A DNA stretch of 64,000 nucleotides from Alloascoidea hylecoeti (Eukaryota), in NCBI GenBank assembly GCA_001600815.1, contig BCKZ01000012.1, positions 248,001 through 312,000 on the forward strand, written 5' to 3'. Below the pieces are notes generated by a model. It saw only the letters and a list, made by a program, of their open reading frames with translations, was not told where the DNA came from and made no database searches. Positions 9,921 through 21,619 of the stretch are shown piece after piece; position 1 is the first letter of the stretch, and every line of letters begins with the position of its first letter. A program made the position numbers and the translations under genes.

Positions 9921-11834
9921 ATGACTCTCCCAAACAACTACATCATTGTCGTGGGCGGTGGCCTTGCCGGGCTCACTGCTGCTCACCAAATCCTACTCAA
10001 TGGCGGAAATGTCGTTCTTATTGATAAACAGGCCTTCTTTGGGGGAAACTCCACAAAAGCCACTTCTGGCATCAACGGTGCTGTGACACGGACTCAGATT
10101 GATCTGGAAATAAAGGACTCGGTACAGCAATTCTATGAAGATACCGTCAAATCTGCAAAGGATAAGGCAAGACCTGATTTGATCCGTGTTTTAACTTATA
10201 ACTCTGCTGCTGCTGTTGAATGGCTACAGGATATCTTTGACTTAGATTTAACCCTAGTTTCTAGACTGGGTGGTCATTCTCAACCTCGTACTCATCGTGG
10301 CCATGATGCTAAGTTCCCAGGAATGGCAATTACTTATGCTTTGATGGAAAAAATTGAAAACTTGGCTGATTCAAATCCTGAACGTGTTGCAATATTGAAA
10401 AAATCAAGAGTCACTAGACTGATTAAAAGTAATTCTAATAAAGTTACTGGTTTAGAATATGAACATGACAGTAAGAAATATCAACTTAGTGCTCCTGTTG
10501 TTTTAGCTACTGGTGGTTATGCTGCTGATTTCACTTCAAATTCTTTATTGAAAAAATATAGACCTGATGTTTATGATCTACCTTCCACAAATGGTGTCCA
10601 TGCTACTGGTGATGGTCAGAAAATGGTCATAGAAGCTGGTGGTGGTGCTGTTGATTTAGATAAAGTTCAAGTACATCCAACTGGTTTAGTTGATCCTCGT
10701 GATCCTGATAATAAATGGAAATTCTTAGCTGCTGAAGCTTTAAGAGGTGAAGGTGGTTTAATGTTAAATTCAAAAGGTAATCGTTTTTGTGATGAATTAG
10801 GTACAAGAGATTATGTATCTGGTGAAATGTTCAAAACAACCTTCCCAATTAGATTATTATTAAATAAAAAAGCTTCTGATTCTTTGGATTTTCATACAAA
10901 ACATTATGCAGGAAGAGGTCTTATGAAAAAAATAACTGGTAAACAATTAGCTGAAGAAATTGGTTGTGGTGTTGATCATTTAAATAAAGTCTTTTCTGAT
11001 TATAATGATATTTCAAATGGTAAAAAGAAAGATCCATATGGTAAAAAATTTTTCCTTAATGGTCCTGTTGAAGTAGATGATGATTTCTATGTTGCTTTAA
11101 TAACCCCTGTTTTACATTTTACAATGGGTGGTGTATCAATAAATGATAAAGCGGAAGTTTTAGATACAGATGGTAAAAGAATTGATGGTTTATTTGCTGC
11201 TGGTGAATTAGCTGGTGGTGTACATGGTGCTAATCGTCTTGGTGGTTCTTCATTACTTGGTTGTGTTGTTTATGGTAGAGTTTCTGCCGATACTGCTACA
11301 AGTTATTTATTACAACAATTATCAAATCAAGAAACTGGTACCGTTGGAGGAGCTGGTCGTTTAGAAAGATTATCTTTACATATTGATCCATCTGCTCCAA
11401 AACGTATTGTTATTGATTGGTCCGATGGTGGTTCAATTAAATCTGCTTCATCTACTACAGGACAATTAGGAACTTCGGAAGCAAATGCTATTGAATCAAT
11501 TCAAGAAGATGAATCTGAATCTGAATCTGAGCCAATTTCAAAACCAAGTAAAGATCCAAAAGATTTTAAATTTCCTGAAAAAGAATATACAGTTGAAGAA
11601 GTTTCAAAACATAATACAAAAAATGATTGTTGGGTTATATTAAAAGGTGCTGTTTTAAATGTAACAAGTTTTTTGGAAAATCATCCAGGTGGAGTTAATT
11701 CAATTGTAAACTTTGCTGGTAAAGATGCCAGTGAAGAATTTGAAATGTTACATGAAGATAGAGTTATTCCAAAATATGCTGGTGATTGTGTTATTGGTAG
11801 AATTAAAGGGAAAATTCCAGATTTTGAGTTTTAA
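9921..11834 (+). CDS. FAD-dependent fumarate reductase (Osm1/Frd1-like flavocytochrome) fused to a C-terminal cytochrome b5 domain
   Basis: GGGLAG FAD motif, GGNSTKATSGING, LGGHSQPRTHR, QVHPTG, HFTMGG, GVHGANRLGGSSL. b5 domain: VSKHN...DCWV..FLENHPGG. Confidence 0.93.
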   Translation: MTLPNNYIIVVGGGLAGLTAAHQILLNGGNVVLIDKQAFFGGNSTKATSGINGAVTRTQIDLEIKDSVQQFYEDTVKSAKDKARPDLIRVLTYNSAAAVEWLQDIFDLDLTLVSRLGGHSQPRTHRGHDAKFPGMAITYALMEKIENLADSNPERVAILKKSRVTRLIKSNSNKVTGLEYEHDSKKYQLSAPVVLATGGYAADFTSNSLLKKYRPDVYDLPSTNGVHATGDGQKMVIEAGGGAVDLDKVQVHPTGLVDPRDPDNKWKFLAAEALRGEGGLMLNSKGNRFCDELGTRDYVSGEMFKTTFPIRLLLNKKASDSLDFHTKHYAGRGLMKKITGKQLAEEIGCGVDHLNKVFSDYNDISNGKKKDPYGKKFFLNGPVEVDDDFYVALITPVLHFTMGGVSINDKAEVLDTDGKRIDGLFAAGELAGGVHGANRLGGSSLLGCVVYGRVSADTATSYLLQQLSNQETGTVGGAGRLERLSLHIDPSAPKRIVIDWSDGGSIKSASSTTGQLGTSEANAIESIQEDESESESEPISKPSKDPKDFKFPEKEYTVEEVSKHNTKNDCWVILKGAVLNVTSFLENHPGGVNSIVNFAGKDASEEFEMLHEDRVIPKYAGDCVIGRIKGKIPDFEF

Positions 11835-13577
11835 TTAATTCTAATATTTTTATATAATATTACTTTATTTTATTTATAATTTATTTATAATGTATGATTT
11901 ATAATTTATAACGTTCACATATTATATTTATAACAATAATCAAAAATATCATGAATTACGAATCTATTATTATTATCAAGATTGTCTACTGTTACATATA
12001 AAACTTATAAGTTATAATAGTAAAATGTTTAATTCTAGCTAATTTTTCAACGATATCCATCCTTTTGTAACTGTACCTTTGATTAGGGAAATGTTTTGAA
12101 ACCCCTCTTGCTGGCGTAAATCAATTAAATAAAGGAAAAGGTGAAAGGTAACTATGGATGAGAAAGTAAAATCAAAAATCAAAGCCTATTATTATATGAT
12201 AAACCGAAACGATAATTAATTACAACAATGAATTAACTTTATATTGAAATTAAAAAAGGAAAGGAAATGAAAGGGAAAAAAATCAATTTTAGATACATGA
12301 ATTTGGAAATATGGTAAATGAATAATCTTATAAATTTTCATTATATTCATCATAATAGCGATTCCTTATTATTGTGTTGTCTGAACTTTCTAAAAATTTA
12401 TAGTTTAATTTATTATCAAGTAATATAAACAAAAATCTTCAGCACTTAATTTGTGAAAATTATCTTTAGAACTCTCATCGAGATAATGTAAATCTTCAAG
12501 TTTTATATATTGATTTCTATCTGTTTCAAGATCATAACAAATAAACATATAAACTGTTGAATAGTTATTATGTAGTTCGGAAATTTCATTCCTATAAACG
12601 GCATAATTAGCTATAATTATGATCTTATTGTTTCAAAAATATTTGTGATCCATACAAAGTCTAAACCTTGAATTGTAATGAAACTTAGGAATCTCATAAT
12701 AAGATGTTAGAGGTGGTAATGGTTGTGATCTTACTCCATAACCGATCGGCATTTAAAAAACCAATTCCCATTTAATTTGCTCTGTTGGAATATTCCTAAT
12801 CTCAAAATTTATTTTCCTAAAAGGAATTCGAATATAGTTTATATAATTACTAATTATAAAACTATGGAGACCAATTTCATTATTAACGTCTCATTCAGAT
12901 TTATCAATTTGGGATGCTAATAGAAAGTAATTTAAAGGCATCGCAAGTACTTTCAGGACTAATGGTTTTACACATTTATCTGAATCTATAGTCGTATAAG
13001 TCTGTCCTTCTAAATGATCAGAAATGGTTGTGAATACATTAGGACCATCAACGTAAGTCTGACTAGCCTGATCAATTCTCCAATCAATAGTTTCTGAATT
13101 TGAATTTGAATTTGAATTTGAACCAAAATGATTTTTCTGCATATTAATGCATACCATCAATTACTTGATCGGGTATAAATAAGTATATGTAGTAACAAAA
13201 ATGACTAAGGCTTCGGTAATCTCAAATAATGTTCATTTATAGGGTTATTATTATTTATTGCTTATTTAGCTATAGTATTTAAAGCATAATATATTAATAT
13301 GAATTCTAGATCACATATCATTGGTTATATCCCATTAATTGAGAAGATTTTAATATATATTCATATTTTAAAAAAAAAGAAAAACAAAATACAAACTCTA
13401 TCAAGAATGTCTGAATGATCGAAAACACAATAATCAATAACCAATAATATTAATCAGTAACCAGTAATCAGTGTATTATAATTACTTAATAGAAAATGCA
13501 GAATTCTTTTGAAAATCTCAATATCAGTCTTATGGTTCTTAACTGCAATGATAAATGATAAATTGTTATAAATTGAA

Positions 13578-13910
13578 GATTACAATTGTATAATAAAAGT
13601 AATATTCCAGAATTGGTTAAAATTTTCAGAATTGGTTAAAATTTCAAGAAATTTAAATCATCTTTTACATTCAACTTCACATGAAGTAGTTACAGAAATA
13701 TCAAATATTACAACAAGTTTATTTAAAAGTCATAGTTTTGAATTAATTGAAGTTATTAAAACAAATAATTCAGGATTTGATAGTTCATGTCATACATTAA
13801 AAACAATTTTACAATTTACAATAAAACTTTTAGATTTAGTATCAAGACCAGCACTACAAATAATATCATTGTCACAAACAGTACAAAACCCCCTATTCCA
13901 TAAAGAATAA
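13578..13910 (+). pseudogene. Coding-like relic of unknown identity, frameshifted by a 19-nt tandem duplication
   Basis: Codon usage resembles neighbouring genes. CAGAATTGGTTAAAATTT occurs at 13608 and 13627; removing one copy restores the frame (..NIPELVKISRNLNHLLH..). No ATG. Confidence 0.4.
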
Positions 13911-15484
13911 GGACAATCTTTTTCAATATTTCGTTGCCTGCTACAAGTAACTATCCAATTCTTTCTCCGACCACGAATCACAAAATCAACAACAAACATA
14001 TATTATAATTACAAGCAAGTACGATTACTAATGATTTAGATGATTTAGATGATTTAGATAATATTAATTTATTCTCTCTAATCTATGTAAAACATATAAT
14101 TAGCGCACCCACATAAAACACAATTTTTCATTATAATTATGCCATGATTAAACCCAAGAATGCGAAATAATTCCTAAATCACCGCAAATCAATAGTTCCA
14201 TTTATAATAACAATTGTAACCACTATATGGACTTTAACGAATAAGAACAACCTCTGAAATAAGTTTATGTAGAAAATATTTCAAAGAAAACTCGAACAAG
14301 TAAGAGTACTACATGTTGGGATATATACCGTCTTTTCACTTAATAAATAGAATCATTGATTAAAATATGTATAATTTGATTCTGAATTAATTGAAACATG
14401 TTTAAATGTTCAAAGAAGAAATTCAATTAATTCATGAACAGTATATGGCGCGTCTGGTGCAAAGATTCTTAAAATATCTGCTGAACAACACAAGCAGCAT
14501 ATGATTTTGTTGTTACAAAGCCCAAACGAATATATTTAGGGGTTATAGCTTCATAGCTTTCTTTCTAGTATAATTTAATGAAACGCCTTTTTTGAGGCTG
14601 GTGGCTAGTGGAGATTTTACCACCTACTCGTTGTAGATACTTTTCAACCTCCACTTCAGTGGTTCAAAGCACGACGACACACCCAACATTTGTGTTTACT
14701 AGCTTGTATTTTTCATATAAAACTGGGCAATTAACTCTTGTTGATGAAGTTTTCAAAGTGAAAGATTTCAAACTCAACTTAAGTTTAAATCATTCATTTC
14801 TGCCCTCACCACATTCTAATAGCTCTCAAGATTTTACTAATAAATTCTCAGTTTTTTAATCCATTAGCAGGTCACCAAGTTTATAAAATAGTAATTAAAG
14901 GTGAAAATGATTGTGATATAACCATGTCTGAAAACGAAGATATGATTAATAATTACCGCTACTTTAGAGAAGTAAAAGTCACAATACTCATTCAATTGAG
15001 AATCATGCAAGTAAATGTTCTATTGCAATGAGATTTACCTATCATCAGCAAAAAGTGAATAAATTGTGTACTAAAAATATGGTCTTTTTAATTGATAAGC
15101 AAAAGCGCGAGACCAGGAACTATTTAAAACCTACAATGGGTGGATAGTAAATATTTATAACACAGAACTAACTTTGATCTCCTCATAGTTCTCATCGATG
15201 TCAACGGTTTCACCTATAGCTCTTAACACGGACAGTTACTTCATATCTTGTAATTTAAGGCCAGGCGTAATTGTTTTTAGAATTTATGAAGACGATGAAG
15301 TAAAAGATGATTAATATAAACTGAGTACAGGGGAATTCTTAACTCGAATAATGTTGAAACCCTCAAAGAAAATAATGAATCTTTCTCCTGAGTGAATATC
15401 ATATATTTAAGGATATTAAAATTTATTCAAGTTTCCAATTTATTGTCACTGAATGCATTCCAGATACAAGGGAATGGGCCATAA

Positions 15485-15685
15485 ATAAGTAACAATAAAG
15501 GGGGATCCTCTAAAGGCTTTGGTGGAAAAGTCATTGAGACAAATTCTAGGGGACAAGTTGTCGGGATCCATTCAGATAAATCTGGTGGTGGTGGTGGTGG
15601 TTCATCACAGAGCCAACAAATCGGGAATCGCAACTTTGATGCGGTTGGAGGCAAATTGTCAGGCATAAATTCCGGTAAAAAATGA
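15485..15685 (+). other. ATG-less 66-codon Gly/Ser/Lys-rich open frame (hydrophilin-like; relic, non-AUG ORF or 3' exon)
   Basis: ISNNKGGSSKGFGGKVIETNSRGQVVGIHSDKSGGGGGSSQSQQIGNRNFDAVGGKLSGINSGKK*; GC-elevated island. Confidence 0.4.
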
Positions 15686-16350
15686 TAAAGTATTGGTCTA
15701 TGCGCTAAGATTATTGAAAGCGGAATATGAATTTGCACGTTATGAGCTTGGGGTTCCCTATAGCGTTTATATTAAATATGTGCACTTGGTTGAATTAATA
15801 TGAAATTTATACTTGATTATTGTAAAATAACAGTGGAACCTTATACGTACAAAGGTGTAGTAATTCGAAGACTGTTCTCCCCTTCATTCTCCACTCATAC
15901 GGCTTCGTCTATATTAAGAATCACTCCTCTCACCTTTGTTCCCTCTAAAAAGTACTGGCACATCTAGTAGATATATATATATATGCAGTAGATGGGTGGA
16001 TGACATGCAAACTTCTTTTTTTATTCTTATTCTGCCATTGGGACTTTTTTAATACTTCTAGACTGAAAAGATATAACTGTTTTCTTGAATTCTGTTATGT
16101 CTTTAGAGGCCAATGCCTGGTTTCGAGACAACTGCTATGTATTAGAACATAGTACTGAATTATTGCTAAATGGGTTGATTTTAATATTGCTAGAAATCCA
16201 TTATCAATTTCTAAATATTCAACTGATTTAAATTTTAAATTATCAAAGGAATTAATTACATTTCACAACGGGTGTAAAGTTACACTTGTTCTATATTTAT
16301 ATTTATATTTATATTTATTTTCTAGTTAGTTAGCTGTACCAGTTATAAAT

Positions 16351-17484
16351 TTAAAGAACCAACTCAAATTTTTTATAATCAACATTAGCATAATTGAAAA
16401 AACCTTCTCTCCAATATTTATATAGAATAGTTAATTCACGTAATCTATAACCCCAATATTCAAAAACTTGTGTCCAGGTTTCAAATTTAAAAGGGACAAG
16501 TCTTTTAACAGGATCATTTTCATAATCATCATCAATTTTTTCAACCATTGATGATAAAATATCAGGTCTATCAGTAATAACACTATCTAACCCAACTTTA
16601 ATCATCCAATACATAACATTTGGATCATTTACTGTCCAACTATGAACTTGTAAACCTTTTTGTTTTGATTCTTTTATGAAATGATAACCTCTTGAACCCC
16701 ATAAACCATTATATAACAATGAAGCACCTTTAACATTTGAATTATCTTTTAAACCATAATCAAGGAATTTTCTAGCATAAATTAATGAATGAGTTATAAC
16801 AACGATATCAATTTTCCAATCATTTTTATAATGATTTAATTTATGTAAAAAAGGTATTGTCCAAACACCAATAATAATTTTAGATTCCCAAAATTTCTTA
16901 TCATTTGGTTTTAATTTTTCAAAAAGTTCAAATAATTTATCAATTATTAGTAAATCATTAACAAATTTGATATCAATCATAATTTTATTTAAATTTGAAT
17001 AAATTTTATCATTATTAATTAATTTAATTAAAATATCATCAAGTATTGAAATTTTCAAATTAGAGTCTTCAATTCTTTTCATATTTGAAATTTCTTCAAA
17101 TTTATGATGACGAATAATAAAATTTTTTGTACCAAAACATCTATCCATTGTTGGATCATGAGATATAACAATAATATCATCAGAAGTTAATTGAATATCT
17201 ATATCCAAAATATCCAAACACCCAAATTAGACAAAAACATTTATATTAATAAATAGTATGAATATTTACCTAATTCAATTACTTCAGTACCAACGGATAC
17301 ACATTTTTCAAAACCAAGCATTGTATTTTCAGGATATAAGCCTCGAAATCTATAAATGAACAATTTATTAGCATGTATGTATATGGTATATACAGTTGTG
17401 ATGATTGAACATATAAACATACCCTCTATGCCCAATAATAGCCGGTCTATTAAATTTAGTTCCAATGTTAGTAACAGATGTCAT
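16351..17484 (-). CDS. PGC1: Glycerophosphodiester phosphodiesterase / phosphatidylglycerol phospholipase C. Exons 17484-17423, 17349-17270, 17198-16351
   Basis: Spliced product gives IIGHRGFRGLYPENT..ELDIQLTSD..ISHD, DIK, WTVND, ITDRP. Introns GTATGT..TAG and GTAAAT..TAG keep frame (330 codons). Confidence 0.88.
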
Positions 17485-17729
17485 TTTCGAATTCTCAGTA
17501 AAGGAAGGTAAAGATCGGTTGCTGGAATGATATTTATAACTGGATAGATTTGAATTCGAAATAATCAGACGATTAAAACTATTGAAACTGTATTTAAAAC
17601 CGGGAGCTTTTATATTCTTAAGAAGTAACAATTTTGAAACAATTGCGAAAGAGAGAAATTGAGAATATACACGTGGAATATTTATATGGATGGATTGGAT
17701 TAAGATTCAAACAGCATTACGTGTGGGTG

Positions 17730-17737
17730 TTACCCGG
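17730..17737. promoter_or_regulatory. Reb1-type site TTACCCGG upstream of PGC1
   Basis: Exact consensus. Confidence 0.5.
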
Positions 17738-18139
17738 ATCGTTGGCCAGTTCACGTTTTAATAGAATAATTACCTAATAATCACCCAATTAGGAGGGCTA
17801 ATAGATTAGCACCTGTTGGGCCTACGAAATTGCCGATCAAAAATGTATCGTGTAAATTTCATACAATATAACTAAAGCATATATAGAAGCAAACCAACAA
17901 AGATTCAAGATTAGTAGTGTAATGCATATTGTGAGTAATAAGTCCACAAAATAAGATTATTAAAATGTATATAAATAGAAAGCTAACCAATATGAAAAGT
18001 AACAAAAGACACCCCTACTCACCCAGAATCGAACAATTAATACACATAATCCCAGTTTTCATAACAATCACTAGTTCAGATATCGTTATAATTCATTAAC
18101 TGGTATTACAGCCAATTCCGATGGGACATCACTAATGTC

Positions 18140-18751
18140 TTAACAACAGCTGCTACTAGATGTATTGGATAAGCTATTACCCCTGAGGTTAACATTAGCT
18201 TTGGGTGCACCAGAAGTTGATGGAGCAGAAGCCATTTGGGCCTTAATTTGTCTTGCCATTGTGAAAAATGCCTGCTCAACATTTGTTGAGTTCATAGCAG
18301 ATGTTTCTAAAAACGGAATATCCAAAGCATCAGAAAACTCCTTCGCAACTGCATAATCTACAACTTTTTTATCTGTTATATCCGATTTATTACCAACAAG
18401 AAGTTTCATTACACCACCAGTAGCATATCGATCGATTTCCTGCAACCATTGTTTGACATTGTTAAAAGACTCCTGATCAGTTACATCATATACAATAATG
18501 ATACCATGTGCGCCACGATAATAGGAGGAAGTGATAGTTCTGAATCGCTCCTGTCCGGCAGTATCCCAAATTTGTAATTTGACGGTCTTACCATCAAGTT
18601 CAATAGTACGGATTTTGAAATCGACACCGATAGTTGAGATATAATCCGGTGTGTATGTATCATCAGCGAATCGTAATAATAAACATGATTTACCAACACC
18701 AGAGTCACCAATCAATAAAAGCTTAAATAAGTAATCGTATTCACTGGTCAT
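18140..18751 (-). CDS. YPT1: Rab1 GTPase Ypt1
   Basis: [42 protein letters not shown]-terminal CC. Confidence 0.98.
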   Translation of the reverse strand: MTSEYDYLFKLLLIGDSGVGKSCLLLRFADDTYTPDYISTIGVDFKIRTIELDGKTVKLQIWDTAGQERFRTITSSYYRGAHGIIIVYDVTDQESFNNVKQWLQEIDRYATGGVMKLLVGNKSDITDKKVVDYAVAKEFSDALDIPFLETSAMNSTNVEQAFFTMARQIKAQMASAPSTSGAPKANVNLRGNSLSNTSSSSCC

Positions 18752-19101
18752 TTTGAAGTTAAAATGATATTATATCTTATTATGTTTGGTAAGTTTGTGA
18801 TTAATGGGAAAAAAGACGACAAATATCGAGAATGGCAAAAGCAAGATCGGGGTGAGAAGGAGGTTAGGTGGCAGCTTTTTGAATGATCGCAGTAAATATC
18901 AGAACGGGTACGTTCATACGAATCATATCTGATAACAGAGCCTATTTACGACATTTAATTTTTATAAATTATCGGGATTATAGACCAATTTCACTATTTA
19001 TTTTAATCTCAATGAAAACATTTTTATTAATACTATAACTAAATCAATTACAAACCAAATTAAACCATAAATCAAAAGAAATAATCAAAAAATTAATCAA
19101 A

Positions 19102-21066
19102 CTAATCAACTTCTTCAACAGTAGGGCCTGAAGATCCCGCACTGGGACCACCAGCACCACCAGCACCACCAGCAGCTCCGGGGAATCCACCAGGGAATCC
19201 AGCACCGCCAGGCGCAGCACCCCCAGCTCCTTGTCCGTAAAACTTCACCATAATTGGGTTAGAAACAGCTTCTAGCTCCTTCTGCTTATCCTTATACTCG
19301 TCAACACTTGCTGATTGATTATTGTCTAACCAATTGATTGTTTCGTTAATTGCTTTTTCTAACTGTTCTCTATCACTTTCTGAAACTTTCTCCTTGAATT
19401 TCTCCTCCGACAAATTGTTCTTCAAAGAATAAGAAAATGACTCTAATCCGTTTTTGGCACCTATACGTTGTGATTCTTTCTCATCATCTTCCTTAAACTT
19501 TTCTGCATCACTTACCATACGTTCGATTTCATCCTTTGAAAGACGTCCTTTATCGTTTGTGATAGTAATCTTACTAGATTTACCTGTTCCCTTTTCGACC
19601 GCAGAAACATTCAAGATACCATTTGCATCAATATCAAATGTGACCTCAATCTGTGGAACACCTCTAGGTGCTGGTGGAATACCACTTAGCTCAAATTTTC
19701 CCAACATATTATTATCCTTAGTCCTTGTACGTTCACCTTCGTAAACCTGGATTAAAACACCCGGTTGATTGTCGGAATATGTAGAAAATATTTCAGATTT
19801 CTTTGTTGGAATGGTACTATTCCTTGGAATCAACTTTGTCATAACTCCACCAGCCGTTTCAATACCAAGTGATAATGGTGCAACATCAAGAAGTAAAAGG
19901 TCTTGTGTCTTTGATGAAGTATCTCCAGATAAAATTGCAGCTTGTACGGCAGCACCATAAGCCACTGCCTCATCAGGATTAATTGATCTGCTTGGTTCTT
20001 TACCATTAAAGAAATCAGAGACAAGTTTCATCACCTTTGGGATACGAGTAGAACCACCAACAAGAACAATATCATCAATTGAACTCTTATCAAGCTTAGC
20101 ATCCCGCAACACCTTTTCAACTGGATCCAAGGTGCTTCTGAATAAATCACCACAGAGTTCTTCAAATCTTGCTCTAGTAATAGAAGTATAGAAATCAATA
20201 CCTTCGAATAGAGAATCAATTTCGATTGTACTTTGAGTAGAAGAAGACAATGTTCTTTTCGCTCTTTCACAAGCTGTTCTTAATCTTCTCAACGCTCTTT
20301 GATTATGTGAGAGATCCTTTCTATTCTTTCTCTTAAATTCGTTACAGAAGTGATTTACCAATCTATTATCAAAATCCTCACCTCCTAAATGAGTATCACC
20401 GGCTGTTGCCTTAACTTCAAATATACCATCATCAATGGATAATAATGAAACATCAAAAGTACCACCACCAAGATCAAAAATAAGAACATTTGTTTCACCA
20501 GAACCCTTCTTTTTGTCAAGACCATATGCAATTGCAGCGGCAGTAGGCTCATTGATAATACGCATGACATTCAAACCAGCTATAAGACCAGCATCCTTGG
20601 TAGCCTGTCTCTGAGAATCATTGAAATAAGCAGGGACTGTAACAACAGCATCCGAAACCTTACTGCCCAAGTAATTTTCTGCAGTTTCCTTCATTCTTGT
20701 AAGGACCATTGAAGAAACCTCCTCAGGAGTAAACACCTTAGTTTCTCCCTTAAACTCTACCTGAATCTTTGGCTTGCCACCATGATCCACCACTTTAAAG
20801 GGATAATGCTTGATATCACCTTGAACCTCAGGATCACTGAACTTTCTTCCAATTAGACGTTTAGCATCAAACACTGTGTTCTGTGGATTCATGGCTGCTT
20901 GATTTTTAGCAGCTTCACCAATCAATCGCTCAGTATCAGTAAATGCGACGAAAGATGGCGTTGTTCTGTTACCTTGATCATTAGCAATGATTTCGACTCT
21001 ATCATTAGTGTAGTGGGCAACACATGAGTATGTAGTACCCAGATCAATTCCAATAGTTTTAGACAT
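19102..21066 (-). CDS. Cytosolic Hsp70, SSA subfamily
   Basis: [19 protein letters not shown]-terminal GPTVEEVD; paralog number not assignable. Confidence 0.98.
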   Translation of the reverse strand: MSKTIGIDLGTTYSCVAHYTNDRVEIIANDQGNRTTPSFVAFTDTERLIGEAAKNQAAMNPQNTVFDAKRLIGRKFSDPEVQGDIKHYPFKVVDHGGKPKIQVEFKGETKVFTPEEVSSMVLTRMKETAENYLGSKVSDAVVTVPAYFNDSQRQATKDAGLIAGLNVMRIINEPTAAAIAYGLDKKKGSGETNVLIFDLGGGTFDVSLLSIDDGIFEVKATAGDTHLGGEDFDNRLVNHFCNEFKRKNRKDLSHNQRALRRLRTACERAKRTLSSSTQSTIEIDSLFEGIDFYTSITRARFEELCGDLFRSTLDPVEKVLRDAKLDKSSIDDIVLVGGSTRIPKVMKLVSDFFNGKEPSRSINPDEAVAYGAAVQAAILSGDTSSKTQDLLLLDVAPLSLGIETAGGVMTKLIPRNSTIPTKKSEIFSTYSDNQPGVLIQVYEGERTRTKDNNMLGKFELSGIPPAPRGVPQIEVTFDIDANGILNVSAVEKGTGKSSKITITNDKGRLSKDEIERMVSDAEKFKEDDEKESQRIGAKNGLESFSYSLKNNLSEEKFKEKVSESDREQLEKAINETINWLDNNQSASVDEYKDKQKELEAVSNPIMVKFYGQGAGGAAPGGAGFPGGFPGAAGGAGGAGGPSAGSSGPTVEEVD

Positions 21067-21205
21067 TTTTTAATTGTTAGAAATAAATAATATTAATAAA
21101 TATAAGAAATTTGAAAGATAAGAAATAAAGGAATTTCGGGATATCTTCCAACTATTTATACAGTGGGTTGTAGAAATAATCATTATTATAATCCGTTGAT
21201 CTAAA

Positions 21206-21270
21206 TTTCCAGAGAATTCTCTCCGTCAGTAGTTAAGCCTGGATTCTTTCCGAATTTTCTAGTACTTTCC
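21206..21270. promoter_or_regulatory. Heat-shock-element-like nGAAn arrays upstream of Hsp70
   Basis: TTCcaGAGaaTTC (21207-21219) and GAAttTTCtaGTActTTC (21252-21269). TATAAA on the minus strand near 21155. Confidence 0.65.
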
Positions 21271-21619
21271 GCCAAATACAATTATTTAATTATAGCTAAT
21301 TATAATAGGTTGGAGTATAGGTTTTAGGGATGATCATAGATGTCAGCTGATTTGAATATTACTTGTATAATATTCATGAATTAAGAACTCTTGCAATTGA
21401 TTACATTAATTAACATTATCGAATGAAAGGAGATTTTCTTCATTTAATTATATATTTTGTAAAATAAGGATTAAACACCCATTCACCCAAGGAGTGGTCC
21501 AACCTCCAAGCCAAAGGCAATCGATGTGTAAAGGCATGATTATTACGACTGCTGAAAAAGTCGACTTCACTATATCGTGTTAACTATCTTTTCTATACAA
21601 CTTACTTAATATATAAGCA

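Noticed and set aside
9384..9937. Cluster of overlapping short ORFs
   Set aside because: Products of the microsatellite and E-box palindrome.
12030..12090. Minus-strand GTVTKG/MDIVEKLAR resembling a cyclophilin C-terminus
   Set aside because: Needs a frameshift, and no other cyclophilin motif is nearby.
12891..13160. 89-aa minus ORF
   Set aside because: Contains a (TTTGAA)n microsatellite; no recognisable homology.
14924..15315. Intron-like GTAAAT..ACTAAC..TAG (15147-15188) with short flanking frames
   Set aside because: A 42-nt intron is shorter than the others, and no coherent ATG-initiated protein results.
15427..15738. 103-aa minus ORF with poly-Pro
   Set aside because: GTG start; better explained as antisense of the Gly-rich + frame.
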